Shown: one piece after another, positions 44,648 to 52,824 of the stretch
Layout: each line of letters starts with the position of its first letter
Position numbering within the stretch: the stretch's first letter is position 1
Assembly: GCA_020723935.1 (NCBI GenBank)
Contig: DYHY01000001.1
Location: 51,265-115,015 of the forward strand
DNA length: 63,751 nt
Source of the DNA: Candidatus Micrarchaeum sp.
GTDB lineage: Archaea > SpSt-1190 > DYHY01
Direction of reading: 5' to 3'
Made by a program: the position numbers and the translations under genes
The notes under the pieces: generated by a model
Told to the model about the DNA's origin: nothing
Databases searched by the model: none
The model's input: only the letters and a program-made list of their open reading frames with translations

Positions 44648-44906
44648 ATGGTAATTATCCCCCGAAGGAATGGGGACTTACTTCTTCGTCCGGCGGCATA
44701 ATCGTCCATTCGTCCCCGCTTCTTGAGCCCATAGGCTTCTACCAGGAGGAGGGGGCGCTCACCGAAATCCTGGACACGCGCTACGCAGCCGGCCGCCCCG
44801 ACGGCTTCTATCTCGTGGACAATTTCACCTGCTTCACGGGCGGGGCGATGCGGTGCCCAAGGCGATAGAGGCGCTTAACATCTAGGAGCTGAGGCTTTCC
44901 GAGGAG

Positions 44907-45326
44907 ATGAAATGGATCGCGAAGAAAGGGAGGCGCGCCAAGATCCCCGACGCGCAGGACGCCCTCGTCTTGGGCGCGATGGTGGGCGTCGCGGAGGACT
45001 TCGTCGGCTGGTACGCCGCCCTCGCGGGCATCGCGCCGGAAGCCCCGAAGGTCGCCGCCGACCCGCAGACGGGGATCGTGCGCGTCTGGCCGCCGCAGGA
45101 AGTCACAAGCTATGTCCAGCTCTTCCCGACCGCCGAGAAGGCTGCGGAGTTCTTCCTCCTAGAGCGCTACTGTATCGGCGGGATGTTTGACGTCTTCCGG
45201 CCGGACGACTCCGTGGCGGATCTCATGGGGCCGCTCATCGGATACCACGACTCGGCGATAAGGCGCGACTTCGGCGTGGCGCCTCCAGTGATCGCCGAGC
45301 CGTTCTGGATAAAGCCCGTCAAGTAA
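44907..45326 (+). CDS. Hypothetical protein (139 aa)
   Basis: ORF with coding-like composition and no motif I recognise. It is preceded by start-less coding-like fragments (44650-44885). Confidence 0.35.
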   Translation: MKWIAKKGRRAKIPDAQDALVLGAMVGVAEDFVGWYAALAGIAPEAPKVAADPQTGIVRVWPPQEVTSYVQLFPTAEKAAEFFLLERYCIGGMFDVFRPDDSVADLMGPLIGYHDSAIRRDFGVAPPVIAEPFWIKPVK

Positions 45327-45382
45327 GAAGCGAGTGAGGCTGGGGCGTAGACCGGGCCTCCGATGAGGCCCCGTTCACTGGC

Positions 45383-46051
45383 TTAGGGCGTAGCGCGGGT
45401 TATCTGGAAATAGGTGGTGTCCCCTTCCCCGTCGACCACGGCGAGCCACAGGATCTTCCTCACCGAATGCGAGAGGCGCACGAACCGCGACAGCTCCGCG
45501 ATACTGTACACCGCGGACTCGGGTATCCCGTGCGCGAGGAACTTGGCGTGCTCCCACTCTTCCCTCTCGCCGCGCTTGGGCTTGACGCCGCGGTCGTACA
45601 CGCGGAAGTGCGTGCCGTACTTGAGGCCGCTCCTCACCACGTAGCCGCGGTCGCGGAGGTCCGCGTACACCTGGAAGCGTATGTATATGTCGGGGAGGAC
45701 GCGGGTCATCCTCGAGAGGAGCTCGTCGATCGTAGCCGCGCTCTTCCCGTCCTCCGTGACTATTGAGAGCTTTCCCTTCTTGAAGAGGTAGAGCGCCTCC
45801 TCGGCGGAAAGCTCGGTCTCGGCGCCCTCCTCGGCCGTCGGCTCGCCGAAGCCCCCGCGCTCATAGAAGAAGATCCCGTCCGGGACGAGAACCTTGTCGC
45901 CCCGCAGGCGCCCGGCCCTCTGGGAATCCCCCAGGTCCGAGGGGACCAGCCCGTCCTCAATTTCCACGGGCTCGACGGAGATCCTGTCCCCGTCGTCCTC
46001 TTCCCCCTTCCCGGAACCCCGCCCGCCGAATGAACGCGAAACCTTCGCCAT
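45383..46051 (-). CDS. endA: tRNA-splicing endonuclease EndA
   Basis: YADLRDRGYVVRSGLKYGTHFRVY...HAKFL...KILWLAVVD is the catalytic C-terminal domain pattern. Confidence 0.85.
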   Translation of the reverse strand: MAKVSRSFGGRGSGKGEEDDGDRISVEPVEIEDGLVPSDLGDSQRAGRLRGDKVLVPDGIFFYERGGFGEPTAEEGAETELSAEEALYLFKKGKLSIVTEDGKSAATIDELLSRMTRVLPDIYIRFQVYADLRDRGYVVRSGLKYGTHFRVYDRGVKPKRGEREEWEHAKFLAHGIPESAVYSIAELSRFVRLSHSVRKILWLAVVDGEGDTTYFQITRATP

Positions 46052-46103
46052 CTCGCAGGGGGGAGCCCGGCGCCCTATTTAACGGTTGACTGCCGAGGGA
46101 ACG

Positions 46104-46574
46104 CTACTGCACGACGAAGGTGCGCTTCACGAGGATGAACGTCTTGTCCGCCTCGTTGTAGCCGACATACCCCTTCTCGACTGCGCCCTTGAGCCTGTTG
46201 AGCAGCGTGTCGCGCAGGCCCTCGTCTATCCTCCTCGTCGCCTTGAGGTAGGAGTTCACCTGGTCCAGGGTCGATGACTTGTCTATTTCCTTGAGCGCCA
46301 TGCAGACCGTGAGCTCGCGCTCGGTGAGCGGCTCGCTCTCGTCTTCCTGCTCGGCTGGCTTCGCGGGTGCGGCCGAAACGGCGGCGGCTGCTGCCGCGGC
46401 CGGAGCAGCCTGGCGCGCGGACCTGTCCGCCACATCCATCCTTTCCTCCAGGTCCTCCATCCTTTTCCAGAGCTCCTGGAGCTTGTGGACCCAGTAGGTC
46501 CAGTAGTTCGCGTCCGTCGGGGATACGGTAGGTGACGCCGCCGCGGTCGCGGCGGGCGGGGGCTGGTCTGCCAT
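46104..46574 (-). CDS. Hypothetical protein with a coiled-coil and a C-terminal winged-helix-like domain
   Basis: 156-aa ORF. A TATA-like box lies 26 nt upstream of ATG 46574. Confidence 0.45.
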   Translation of the reverse strand: MADQPPPAATAAASPTVSPTDANYWTYWVHKLQELWKRMEDLEERMDVADRSARQAAPAAAAAAAVSAAPAKPAEQEDESEPLTERELTVCMALKEIDKSSTLDQVNSYLKATRRIDEGLRDTLLNRLKGAVEKGYVGYNEADKTFILVKRTFVVQ

Positions 46575-46599
46575 CGTGCGGCTACGTGGAGCTCCCGTC

Positions 46600-46608
46600 T
46601 TTTTAAAC
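46600..46608. promoter_or_regulatory. Shared TATA-like box (tttttaaac) between divergent genes
   Basis: Lies 26 nt from minus-strand ATG 46574 and 26 nt from plus-strand ATG 46634. Confidence 0.5.
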
Positions 46609-46633
46609 AGTCGGGCCGGCTATAAAATCCGAA

Positions 46634-46900
46634 ATGGCGGCAGCAACGCTTTCGCTCTCGCTCGCCCTCGTCGGCGCCGCGCTCCTCGGGATGGAGAGGG
46701 CGAACCCGACGAAATACCTGGGCCCCATAGGCTTCGCGTGCCTAGCCTCCGCCCTCGCATCCTTCCTCGGAGCCGGCCCGGCATTCCTGTTCGCGCTCTT
46801 CCTGGCATCGTCCCTGGCCGCGCTCCTCTTCTGGCGCGCCGTGCGCCCCGGGCGGGGAATGCGTTTTAAACGGCCCGGGAAGGCGGTGGGCCCCAGATGA
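46634..46900 (+). CDS. Small membrane protein (88 aa)
   Basis: Three hydrophobic segments. Its stop overlaps the signal peptidase start (ATGA). Confidence 0.4.
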   Translation: MAAATLSLSLALVGAALLGMERANPTKYLGPIGFACLASALASFLGAGPAFLFALFLASSLAALLFWRAVRPGRGMRFKRPGKAVGPR

Positions 46901-47490
46901 GCGGCGCGGAAAAGAAGAAGGGCCCGGCGTTCAAAATGGGCCCGCTCGTGGAGGAGATAAAGGAGTGGGCGGTCTGGATAGGCCTCGCAGTCATCCTCTC
47001 CTTCGTCATCGGGAACGTCCTCAACATCGCCCTCGGGAACACGACGCCCCTCGTCGCCGTCATGAGCGGCAGCATGGTCCACGACGCGACCCTCGAATCC
47101 AGCCACTACTCCTACCTCTCGGGCCTCGGCTTCTCGCGTTCCGACATTGACGCCTTCCCCCTAAAAGGGGGCTTCAACAAGGGCGACGTCCTCGTCATCA
47201 AGGGCGAGCGGCAGGAGACTCTCAAGATAGGCGACGTCATCGTCTTCAACGCGCCCGGGGCGCACTACCCGATAATACACAGGCTAATTGGCGTCCAGAA
47301 GGATTCGGCGGGGGCCGCCCACTACAGGACGAAGGGCGACCACAACCCGCAGGCCGACCCGTGGCTCACGCCCTACAAACAGGTGCAGGGGAGGGCGGTG
47401 CTGCGCATACCCTTCATAGGATACGCCAAGGTGATCCCCCTGGAGTTCTGCACGAGCATCGGCTTCTGCGCGAGGCTGTTCGGCGGCTAG
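46897..47490 (+). CDS. Signal peptidase I, archaeal/eukaryotic Sec11 type (S26B)
   Basis: TM anchor, then VMSGSMVH, IIHRLIG and KGDHNPQADPW. Confidence 0.8.
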   Translation: MSGAEKKKGPAFKMGPLVEEIKEWAVWIGLAVILSFVIGNVLNIALGNTTPLVAVMSGSMVHDATLESSHYSYLSGLGFSRSDIDAFPLKGGFNKGDVLVIKGERQETLKIGDVIVFNAPGAHYPIIHRLIGVQKDSAGAAHYRTKGDHNPQADPWLTPYKQVQGRAVLRIPFIGYAKVIPLEFCTSIGFCARLFGG

Positions 47491-47506
47491 GCGCCCGCGG
47501 GACAAG

Positions 47507-47516
47507 GTTTTTAAAC
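47507..47516 (+). promoter_or_regulatory. TATA-like box for tfs
   Basis: gtttttaaac lies 25 nt upstream of ATG 47541. Confidence 0.5.
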
Positions 47517-47540
47517 GGCTGGAAACGTCCCCCGAACCGG

Positions 47541-47873
47541 ATGAAATTCTGCAAAAAGTGCAGAGGGCTCATGCTTCCCGTCGACGAGGGCAAGGACGGC
47601 AAGATCAAGATCGCCTGCAGGAAGTGCGGGGCCAAGGACGTCTCCAGGGACGGCTTCACGACGACCAAGAGCTTCTCGCAGGCGGAGAGCGCGATACCGG
47701 TCGTGGACTCCGAGCGCGAGATGAAGAACGTCTCAAAGATCGCGGTCGAGTGCCCGCGCTGCAAGAACATCGGGGCGATCTGGTGGATGCTCCAGACGCG
47801 CGCGGCCGACGAGGCGGCGACGACGTTCTACAAGTGCATCAAGTGTAGCTACACTTGGAAGGCGTACCAGTAG
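47541..47873 (+). CDS. tfs: Transcript cleavage factor TFS (RpoM/TFIIS-like)
   Basis: Two Zn ribbons (CKKCRG...CRKCG and CPRCKN...CIKCSYTW) and the acidic loop QTRAADEAATTFY. Ends with TAG TAG. Confidence 0.9.
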   Translation: MKFCKKCRGLMLPVDEGKDGKIKIACRKCGAKDVSRDGFTTTKSFSQAESAIPVVDSEREMKNVSKIAVECPRCKNIGAIWWMLQTRAADEAATTFYKCIKCSYTWKAYQ

Positions 47874-47892
47874 TAGGGGCAGGGCGGACGCT

Positions 47893-49329
47893 TCAGTCTT
47901 TCCCGGAAAGATAGCGGGCGAGGAGCCGCACCCCGAAGCCGCTAGCGCCGGCGGAAAGATACGCGCCCCCCTTTGGGGCGGCATCCATCCCGGCGATGTC
48001 AAGGTGCGCCCAGCGCGCCCCGCCCGACACGGCGGTCCTCAGGAACTCGGCGGCAAGTATCGCGTCCTCGTCCCTCGTCCAGGAGGCGTTGGAAATGTCC
48101 GCGACATCGCTCTTTATCCCCTCCGCGTAGTCCGGCCAGCCGAGGGGGAGCTCCCAGAGCCGCTCGCCGCTCTCGAGGCCCGCTCGGTAGAGATCCTTCG
48201 CCAGGGCCTCGTCGTTGGAGAAGAGGCCCGCGGCGACGTCGCCCAAGGCGACGACGCACGCGCCGGTGAGCGTCGCGAGGTCTATCACAACGTCGGGCTT
48301 GTGGTCCTTGCACGCGAAGGCGAGAGCGTCGGAGAGGATGAGCCTGCCTTCCGCGTCGGTGTTGAGTATCTCTATTGTCTTCCCCGAATAGGATTTCACG
48401 ATGTCCCCGGGCCTCGTCGCGGTCCCCGAGGGCATGTTCTCGACGGCCGGGACGATCGCGACGATGTGCATCGGGAGCTTTAGGAGCGCCGCGAGGCGGA
48501 CGATGGCGAGCGCTGCCACCCCTCCGTTCTTGTCGAACTTCATCTCGTCCATCGCCTTGGCCGGCTTGATGGAGATGCCGCCGGAATCGAAGCACACGCC
48601 CTTGCCGACGATCGCGACCTTCCTCTTGGCGATCCCGGACTTGGGGACGTATTCGAGGACTATGAGCTTCGGCTCCTCGGCGCTGCCCTTGGCAACCGCG
48701 AGCATCGCGCCGAAGCCTATCTTCTCCAGCTCCTGGCGCGAGTACGCTTTGTAGGAGAGGCCCAGGACCTTGGCTTCCCTGGCCGCGACGAGCGAGAGCA
48801 TCGTGGGCGTCGCGACGTTCGCCGGCTCGTTCTGGATCTCCCTCGCCCAGTTCGTCCCCTCGGCGACGGCTTTCGCCGTGACAATCTCGGGCGAGCTCGG
48901 CACCGGGAGGTGGACCGTCTTGAGGAACACCTGATCCTTACCGTTTCCGTTCCCGCCGCCAGAGGCGCCGTCGCTGGAAGTCTTGTATTTCACGAAGGAG
49001 TAGGACGCGAGGATCGCGCCCTCGACGAAGGCGGCGACGAGCCTCCTGTCGGAGAGGACCGCCCTTGCGGTGTCGCCCGAGAGGCGAAGGCTCCCCTTGC
49101 CGAGGGCCGCGCGCGCATAGGTGACGGCCTTTCCCGCCGCGCGCCTCACGGTCTCAGCGTCCAGCCCCTTGCGCGGGCCCAGGCCCACCGAGAACGAAAG
49201 CCTGCCCGTGGGAAGGACCCTTAGGAGCTTTCCGTGCTCGCCGGATTCCTCAAGAAGGACGAGGCGCGCGCAGGGGCCGGGCGACGGGGGAGAAGAGCGC
49301 CCTGCCTTTGCGAAGGAGACGTCCACCAT
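47893..49329 (-). CDS. pepA: M17 leucyl aminopeptidase, paralog 1
   Basis: Internal ATG 49329 (MVDVSFAKAG). VGKGVCFDSGG and NTDAEGRL are present. 478 aa. Confidence 0.85.
   Translation of the reverse strand: MVDVSFAKAGRSSPPSPGPCARLVLLEESGEHGKLLRVLPTGRLSFSVGLGPRKGLDAETVRRAAGKAVTYARAALGKGSLRLSGDTARAVLSDRRLVAAFVEGAILASYSFVKYKTSSDGASGGGNGNGKDQVFLKTVHLPVPSSPEIVTAKAVAEGTNWAREIQNEPANVATPTMLSLVAAREAKVLGLSYKAYSRQELEKIGFGAMLAVAKGSAEEPKLIVLEYVPKSGIAKRKVAIVGKGVCFDSGGISIKPAKAMDEMKFDKNGGVAALAIVRLAALLKLPMHIVAIVPAVENMPSGTATRPGDIVKSYSGKTIEILNTDAEGRLILSDALAFACKDHKPDVVIDLATLTGACVVALGDVAAGLFSNDEALAKDLYRAGLESGERLWELPLGWPDYAEGIKSDVADISNASWTRDEDAILAAEFLRTAVSGGARWAHLDIAGMDAAPKGGAYLSAGASGFGVRLLARYLSGKD
48145..49033. 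repeat. 889-bp near-identical segment, copy 1, shared by the two aminopeptidase genes
   Basis: Aligns with 49620-50508 at an offset of 1475 nt. One mismatch was seen (49006 c versus 50481 t). Off-frame ORFs in the track are identical between copies. Confidence 0.85.
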
Positions 49330-49358
49330 TTCCCGGGCGCCGGAGGTCCTCCCGTTCC

Positions 49359-50804
49359 CTACTTGGCCTTGCCGGCGGATTCCTGCAGGTATCTCGTGAC
49401 TATCCGTATCCCGAAGCCGGTCGCGCCCTTGGAAAGGTAGGGCTTGGGCGACGTCGCCCAAGCCGTGCCCGCGATGTCAAGGTGGGCCCATTTCCGATCG
49501 TCTATGAATGCCTTGAGGAAGCTGGCCCCCGCCGTGGCGCCGGCCTGGCCCTCCTGGCCCAGGTTCTTGAGGTCGGCGATGTCGCTCTTCACCTTCTCGT
49601 CGTAGTCCTTCCACATGACGGGGAGCTCCCAGAGCCGCTCGCCGCTCTCGAGGCCCGCTCGGTAGAGATCCTTCGCCAGGGCCTCGTCGTTGGAGAAGAG
49701 GCCCGCGGCGACGTCGCCCAAGGCGACGACGCACGCGCCGGTGAGCGTCGCGAGGTCTATCACAACGTCGGGCTTGTGGTCCTTGCACGCGAAGGCGAGA
49801 GCGTCGGAGAGGATGAGCCTGCCTTCCGCGTCGGTGTTGAGTATCTCTATTGTCTTCCCCGAATAGGATTTCACGATGTCCCCGGGCCTCGTCGCGGTCC
49901 CCGAGGGCATGTTCTCGACGGCCGGGACGATCGCGACGATGTGCATCGGGAGCTTTAGGAGCGCCGCGAGGCGGACGATGGCGAGCGCTGCCACCCCTCC
50001 GTTCTTGTCGAACTTCATCTCGTCCATCGCCTTGGCCGGCTTGATGGAGATGCCGCCGGAATCGAAGCACACGCCCTTGCCGACGATCGCGACCTTCCTC
50101 TTGGCGATCCCGGACTTGGGGACGTATTCGAGGACTATGAGCTTCGGCTCCTCGGCGCTGCCCTTGGCAACCGCGAGCATCGCGCCGAAGCCTATCTTCT
50201 CCAGCTCCTGGCGCGAGTACGCTTTGTAGGAGAGGCCCAGGACCTTGGCTTCCCTGGCCGCGACGAGCGAGAGCATCGTGGGCGTCGCGACGTTCGCCGG
50301 CTCGTTCTGGATCTCCCTCGCCCAGTTCGTCCCCTCGGCGACGGCTTTCGCCGTGACAATCTCGGGCGAGCTCGGCACCGGGAGGTGGACCGTCTTGAGG
50401 AACACCTGATCCTTACCGTTTCCGTTCCCGCCGCCAGAGGCGCCGTCGCTGGAAGTCTTGTATTTCACGAAGGAGTAGGATGCGAGGATCGCGCCCTCGA
50501 CGAAGGCGCAGAGGAGCTGCCTGCTCGCGAGGAGCTTCTTGGAGCTCTTGGGCGAGAGGACGAGGTCCTCCTTCTGGAGGACGGACTGGGCGTACGTCAC
50601 CGCCTTTCCCGCCGCGCGCCTCACGGCCTCCGCGTCAAGGCTCTTGGCATCCCCAAGGCCCACGGAGAACTCGTGGGGCCCCAAGGGGGTGATTTTCAGG
50701 GCCTTCCCGGCGTCCGCCGACTCCTCGTGCAGGACGAGCGAGACGAGGGGATTCTTGCCTTTCGCAGCGGAAGCCTTCCTTTCCGAGAAAACCAGGTCAA
50801 CCAT
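49359..50804 (-). CDS. pepA: M17 leucyl aminopeptidase, paralog 2
   Basis: 481 aa with the same catalytic motifs. The N- and C-terminal thirds have diverged from paralog 1. Confidence 0.9.
   Translation of the reverse strand: MVDLVFSERKASAAKGKNPLVSLVLHEESADAGKALKITPLGPHEFSVGLGDAKSLDAEAVRRAAGKAVTYAQSVLQKEDLVLSPKSSKKLLASRQLLCAFVEGAILASYSFVKYKTSSDGASGGGNGNGKDQVFLKTVHLPVPSSPEIVTAKAVAEGTNWAREIQNEPANVATPTMLSLVAAREAKVLGLSYKAYSRQELEKIGFGAMLAVAKGSAEEPKLIVLEYVPKSGIAKRKVAIVGKGVCFDSGGISIKPAKAMDEMKFDKNGGVAALAIVRLAALLKLPMHIVAIVPAVENMPSGTATRPGDIVKSYSGKTIEILNTDAEGRLILSDALAFACKDHKPDVVIDLATLTGACVVALGDVAAGLFSNDEALAKDLYRAGLESGERLWELPVMWKDYDEKVKSDIADLKNLGQEGQAGATAGASFLKAFIDDRKWAHLDIAGTAWATSPKPYLSKGATGFGIRIVTRYLQESAGKAK
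49620..50508. repeat. 889-bp near-identical segment, copy 2
   Basis: See copy 1. Confidence 0.85.
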
Positions 50805-50825
50805 GGCGCGGGGAGGGGGGGAACC

Positions 50826-50834
50826 ATTTTAAAC
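50826..50834. promoter_or_regulatory. Shared TATA-like box (attttaaac) between divergent genes
   Basis: Lies 22 nt from minus-strand ATG 50804 and 22 nt from plus-strand in-frame GTG 50856. Confidence 0.45.
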
Positions 50835-50855
50835 TTTGCCGCAAACCCGCCTGGC

Positions 50856-51266
50856 GTGGCCGAAGGCGAAGAGGAGTCATCAGGAAGCGGAATGAGCGAC
50901 GGTTCCCAGTCCCAGCAGATGAAGAGGCGCAATCCCGCCATCCACAGGAAGATAAGGGGCATCTCCCCGGCGGGTGATCGGCGCGTCCGGCTCGTCGGGA
51001 CGGTTTCCAAGAAGGCGGGGAACGGGGCGATCGTCCTCGACGACGGGTCGGATGGCAAGGCCGAGGTCTTCTTCGACAACCTTGACCTCATCGAGAGGAT
51101 AGAGAAGGAGTATTCGGTCGGCGACTACATCCTCGTGACGGGCCTCGTGGTCCCGCGCGACGGCGGGTCCTTCGACATAAGCGGCGAGATAATCAGGAAG
51201 CATCCCAAGACGGCCCTACCGCAAGACTTAATAAAGCGGGCGGAGAGCCTCCTCGGAGGCAACTAG
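50856..51266 (+). CDS. Small OB-fold (RPA-like) nucleic-acid-binding protein
   Basis: ...VRLVGTVSKKAGNGAIVLDDGSDGKAEVFF...GDYILVTGLVVPRDGG is an OB-fold pattern. Lies immediately upstream of PCNA. An alternative ATG start is at 50892. Confidence 0.5.
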   Translation: MAEGEEESSGSGMSDGSQSQQMKRRNPAIHRKIRGISPAGDRRVRLVGTVSKKAGNGAIVLDDGSDGKAEVFFDNLDLIERIEKEYSVGDYILVTGLVVPRDGGSFDISGEIIRKHPKTALPQDLIKRAESLLGGN

Positions 51267-51269
51267 AAG

Positions 51270-52049
51270 ATGGTTGAAGGAGCCACCGTCCTGTTCGAAG
51301 GGAAGCTCAAGAGCGCGGGCCTGCTGAAGGACGCGATAGCTGCGGTCTACGAGATAGTCAAGGAGGACGTGTCATTCAAGCTCACGAAGGACGGCCTGTT
51401 CCTCTCGGCGATGGACCCGGCGAACGTGAGCATGGTGATATTCAAGTTCCTCGTCCCGGCCTTCGAGACGTACAGCCTCAAGGACGAGACGCTCGTGGGC
51501 GTGGACATGGAGCGCCTCATGCAGGTGATGAAGCAGGCGGGCTCCTCGGACGCCGTCACGATAAAGATGGAGAAGGGCGCGGCGAACGTCTCCCTCGTCT
51601 TCAGGGACAACAGCACGAGGCGGTTCCAGATCCCCCTCCTCAACAACCCGTCCGAGGGGAGGAAGCCTCCCAACATCACGTTCGAGGCCACGGCGGTCCT
51701 CAGGAGCGACGTCCTCGCGCAGGGCGTCTCCGACGCGGAGGTGTTCTCCGACTCGGTGATCCTCATGGCCGACAAGACCAGGTTCTCGATGGAGACGGCC
51801 GGCGAGATGGGCAAGTCGACGCTGGAGCTGGAGAAGGGGCGGGATGACGCGCTCGTCGAGATCTCCGCGGAAGCCCCGGCCAAGGCGCGCTACGCCGTCG
51901 ACTACCTCAAGAAGATGCTCAAGGGGGCGAAGCTGGCGGAGAACGTGCGGCTCCAGTTCAAGACCGACTTCCCAATACAAGTCGAGTACGCCGTCACGGA
52001 CACGCTGCAGCTCAAGTTCGTGCTGGCGCCCAGGATCGAGACCGACTAG
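51270..52049 (+). CDS. pcn: DNA polymerase sliding clamp PCNA
   Basis: 259 aa. LKDAIAAVYEIVKEDVSFKLTKDGLFLSAMDPANVSMV and AVDYLKKMLKG are present. TAG stop. Confidence 0.95.
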   Translation: MVEGATVLFEGKLKSAGLLKDAIAAVYEIVKEDVSFKLTKDGLFLSAMDPANVSMVIFKFLVPAFETYSLKDETLVGVDMERLMQVMKQAGSSDAVTIKMEKGAANVSLVFRDNSTRRFQIPLLNNPSEGRKPPNITFEATAVLRSDVLAQGVSDAEVFSDSVILMADKTRFSMETAGEMGKSTLELEKGRDDALVEISAEAPAKARYAVDYLKKMLKGAKLAENVRLQFKTDFPIQVEYAVTDTLQLKFVLAPRIETD

Positions 52050-52060
52050 GGGGATGCGCG

Positions 52061-52450
52061 GTGGTCCCCGACATCCTCTTCGGCAGCATCATCGGCGCGT
52101 CCGTCGCCCTCATCGGGGTGGTCGGGTCGATAGGCTACTAGGAGTACTCCTTCAGGCGGGCCCGCGCGAGGGAGACTGCCAGGTCGCGCCTGGGGAAGAT
52201 CTACGGGCCGCTCATGCTCGTACTCAAGACGAACAAGAACTCCGGCGAGGACACCTTCAGGTGGACGGCCGAGGAGGGGAAGGCCATAGACGCGATACTC
52301 CTGGACAACTACTACCTCATCGAGGACAGGTACAGGGAGGCGCTCTCCGACCTCTACAGCCACAAGAAGTTCAGCACCGGCAAGGAGCGCGAGATCGTGT
52401 GCTCGATAAGGGAAGGCTTCGAGGACAACGAGCGGCTCCTCAAGAAGTGA
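52061..52450 (+). pseudogene. Small N-terminally anchored membrane protein interrupted by an in-frame TAG at 52139-52141
   Basis: Own translation from GTG 52061: VVPDILFGSIIGASVALIGVVGSIGY*EYSFRRARARETARSRLGKIYGPLMLVLKTNK... A TM helix precedes the stop and a positive-inside stretch follows it. It continues into track ORF 52214-52450. Confidence 0.45.
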
Positions 52451-52499
52451 CCTGCAAAGATTAACTTATTAAAGAGAAAAAGGAGGGGTGTGCGCGGCA

Positions 52500-52775
52500 A
52501 TGGATGAATCTTCGCAGGCCCAGCAGCAGCAGCAGCAGCAAGCACAGGAACAATCCCAGGGCGGGGCGCCGCAGGCTCCCGGCGCAGGGCAGCCCCAACA
52601 GCAGCCCAAGAAGATAATCCCGAGCAGCCCCCTGTCGCTTCCCGTCATCCTCATGGTCCTCGGGGGCATCCTCGCTGTCTTCCCGTGGGCCCTCGGGGGC
52701 GGCTTCCTCTTCAAGGCGGGGCTCTTCGCGGCGGGCCTGGTCCTCCTCGGCGTCGGGTTCATGACGTCCAAATAG
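52500..52775 (+). CDS. Small membrane protein with a poly-Gln N-terminus
   Basis: MDESSQAQQQQQQQAQEQ is encoded by (CAG)6CAA at 52521-52541. Two TM helices follow. Confidence 0.4.
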   Translation: MDESSQAQQQQQQQAQEQSQGGAPQAPGAGQPQQQPKKIIPSSPLSLPVILMVLGGILAVFPWALGGGFLFKAGLFAAGLVLLGVGFMTSK

Positions 52776-52824
52776 GCCCTTGGAAAAACTTTAAGAAGGG
52801 TCAGAGGAGGGCTTGCGCCGAATC

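Noticed and set aside
47871-47876. Tandem TAG TAG at the end of tfs as a sign of leaky TAG termination
   Set aside because: A single instance. The transglutaminase-like gene likewise ends TAA TAA. This is insufficient to infer anything beyond chance or ordinary back-up stops.
48145-50508. The 889-bp duplicate as an insertion sequence or other mobile element
   Set aside because: Both copies are internal to colinear aminopeptidase genes in the same frame. There is no transposase, terminal inverted repeat or target duplication.
161-52141. TAG reassigned to an amino acid (for example pyrrolysine) to explain the three in-frame TAG codons
   Set aside because: TAG ends many conserved genes at their expected C-termini: trm1, ftsZ, rpl11, pcn, tfs (TAG TAG), signal peptidase, top1, maf and the DRG gene. 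Readthrough of trm1 would add hundreds of residues antisense to tfb. No pylS/pylBCD-like gene or tRNA is visible in the window. The same genes and their neighbours also carry frameshifts, so nonsense mutation is the simpler explanation.
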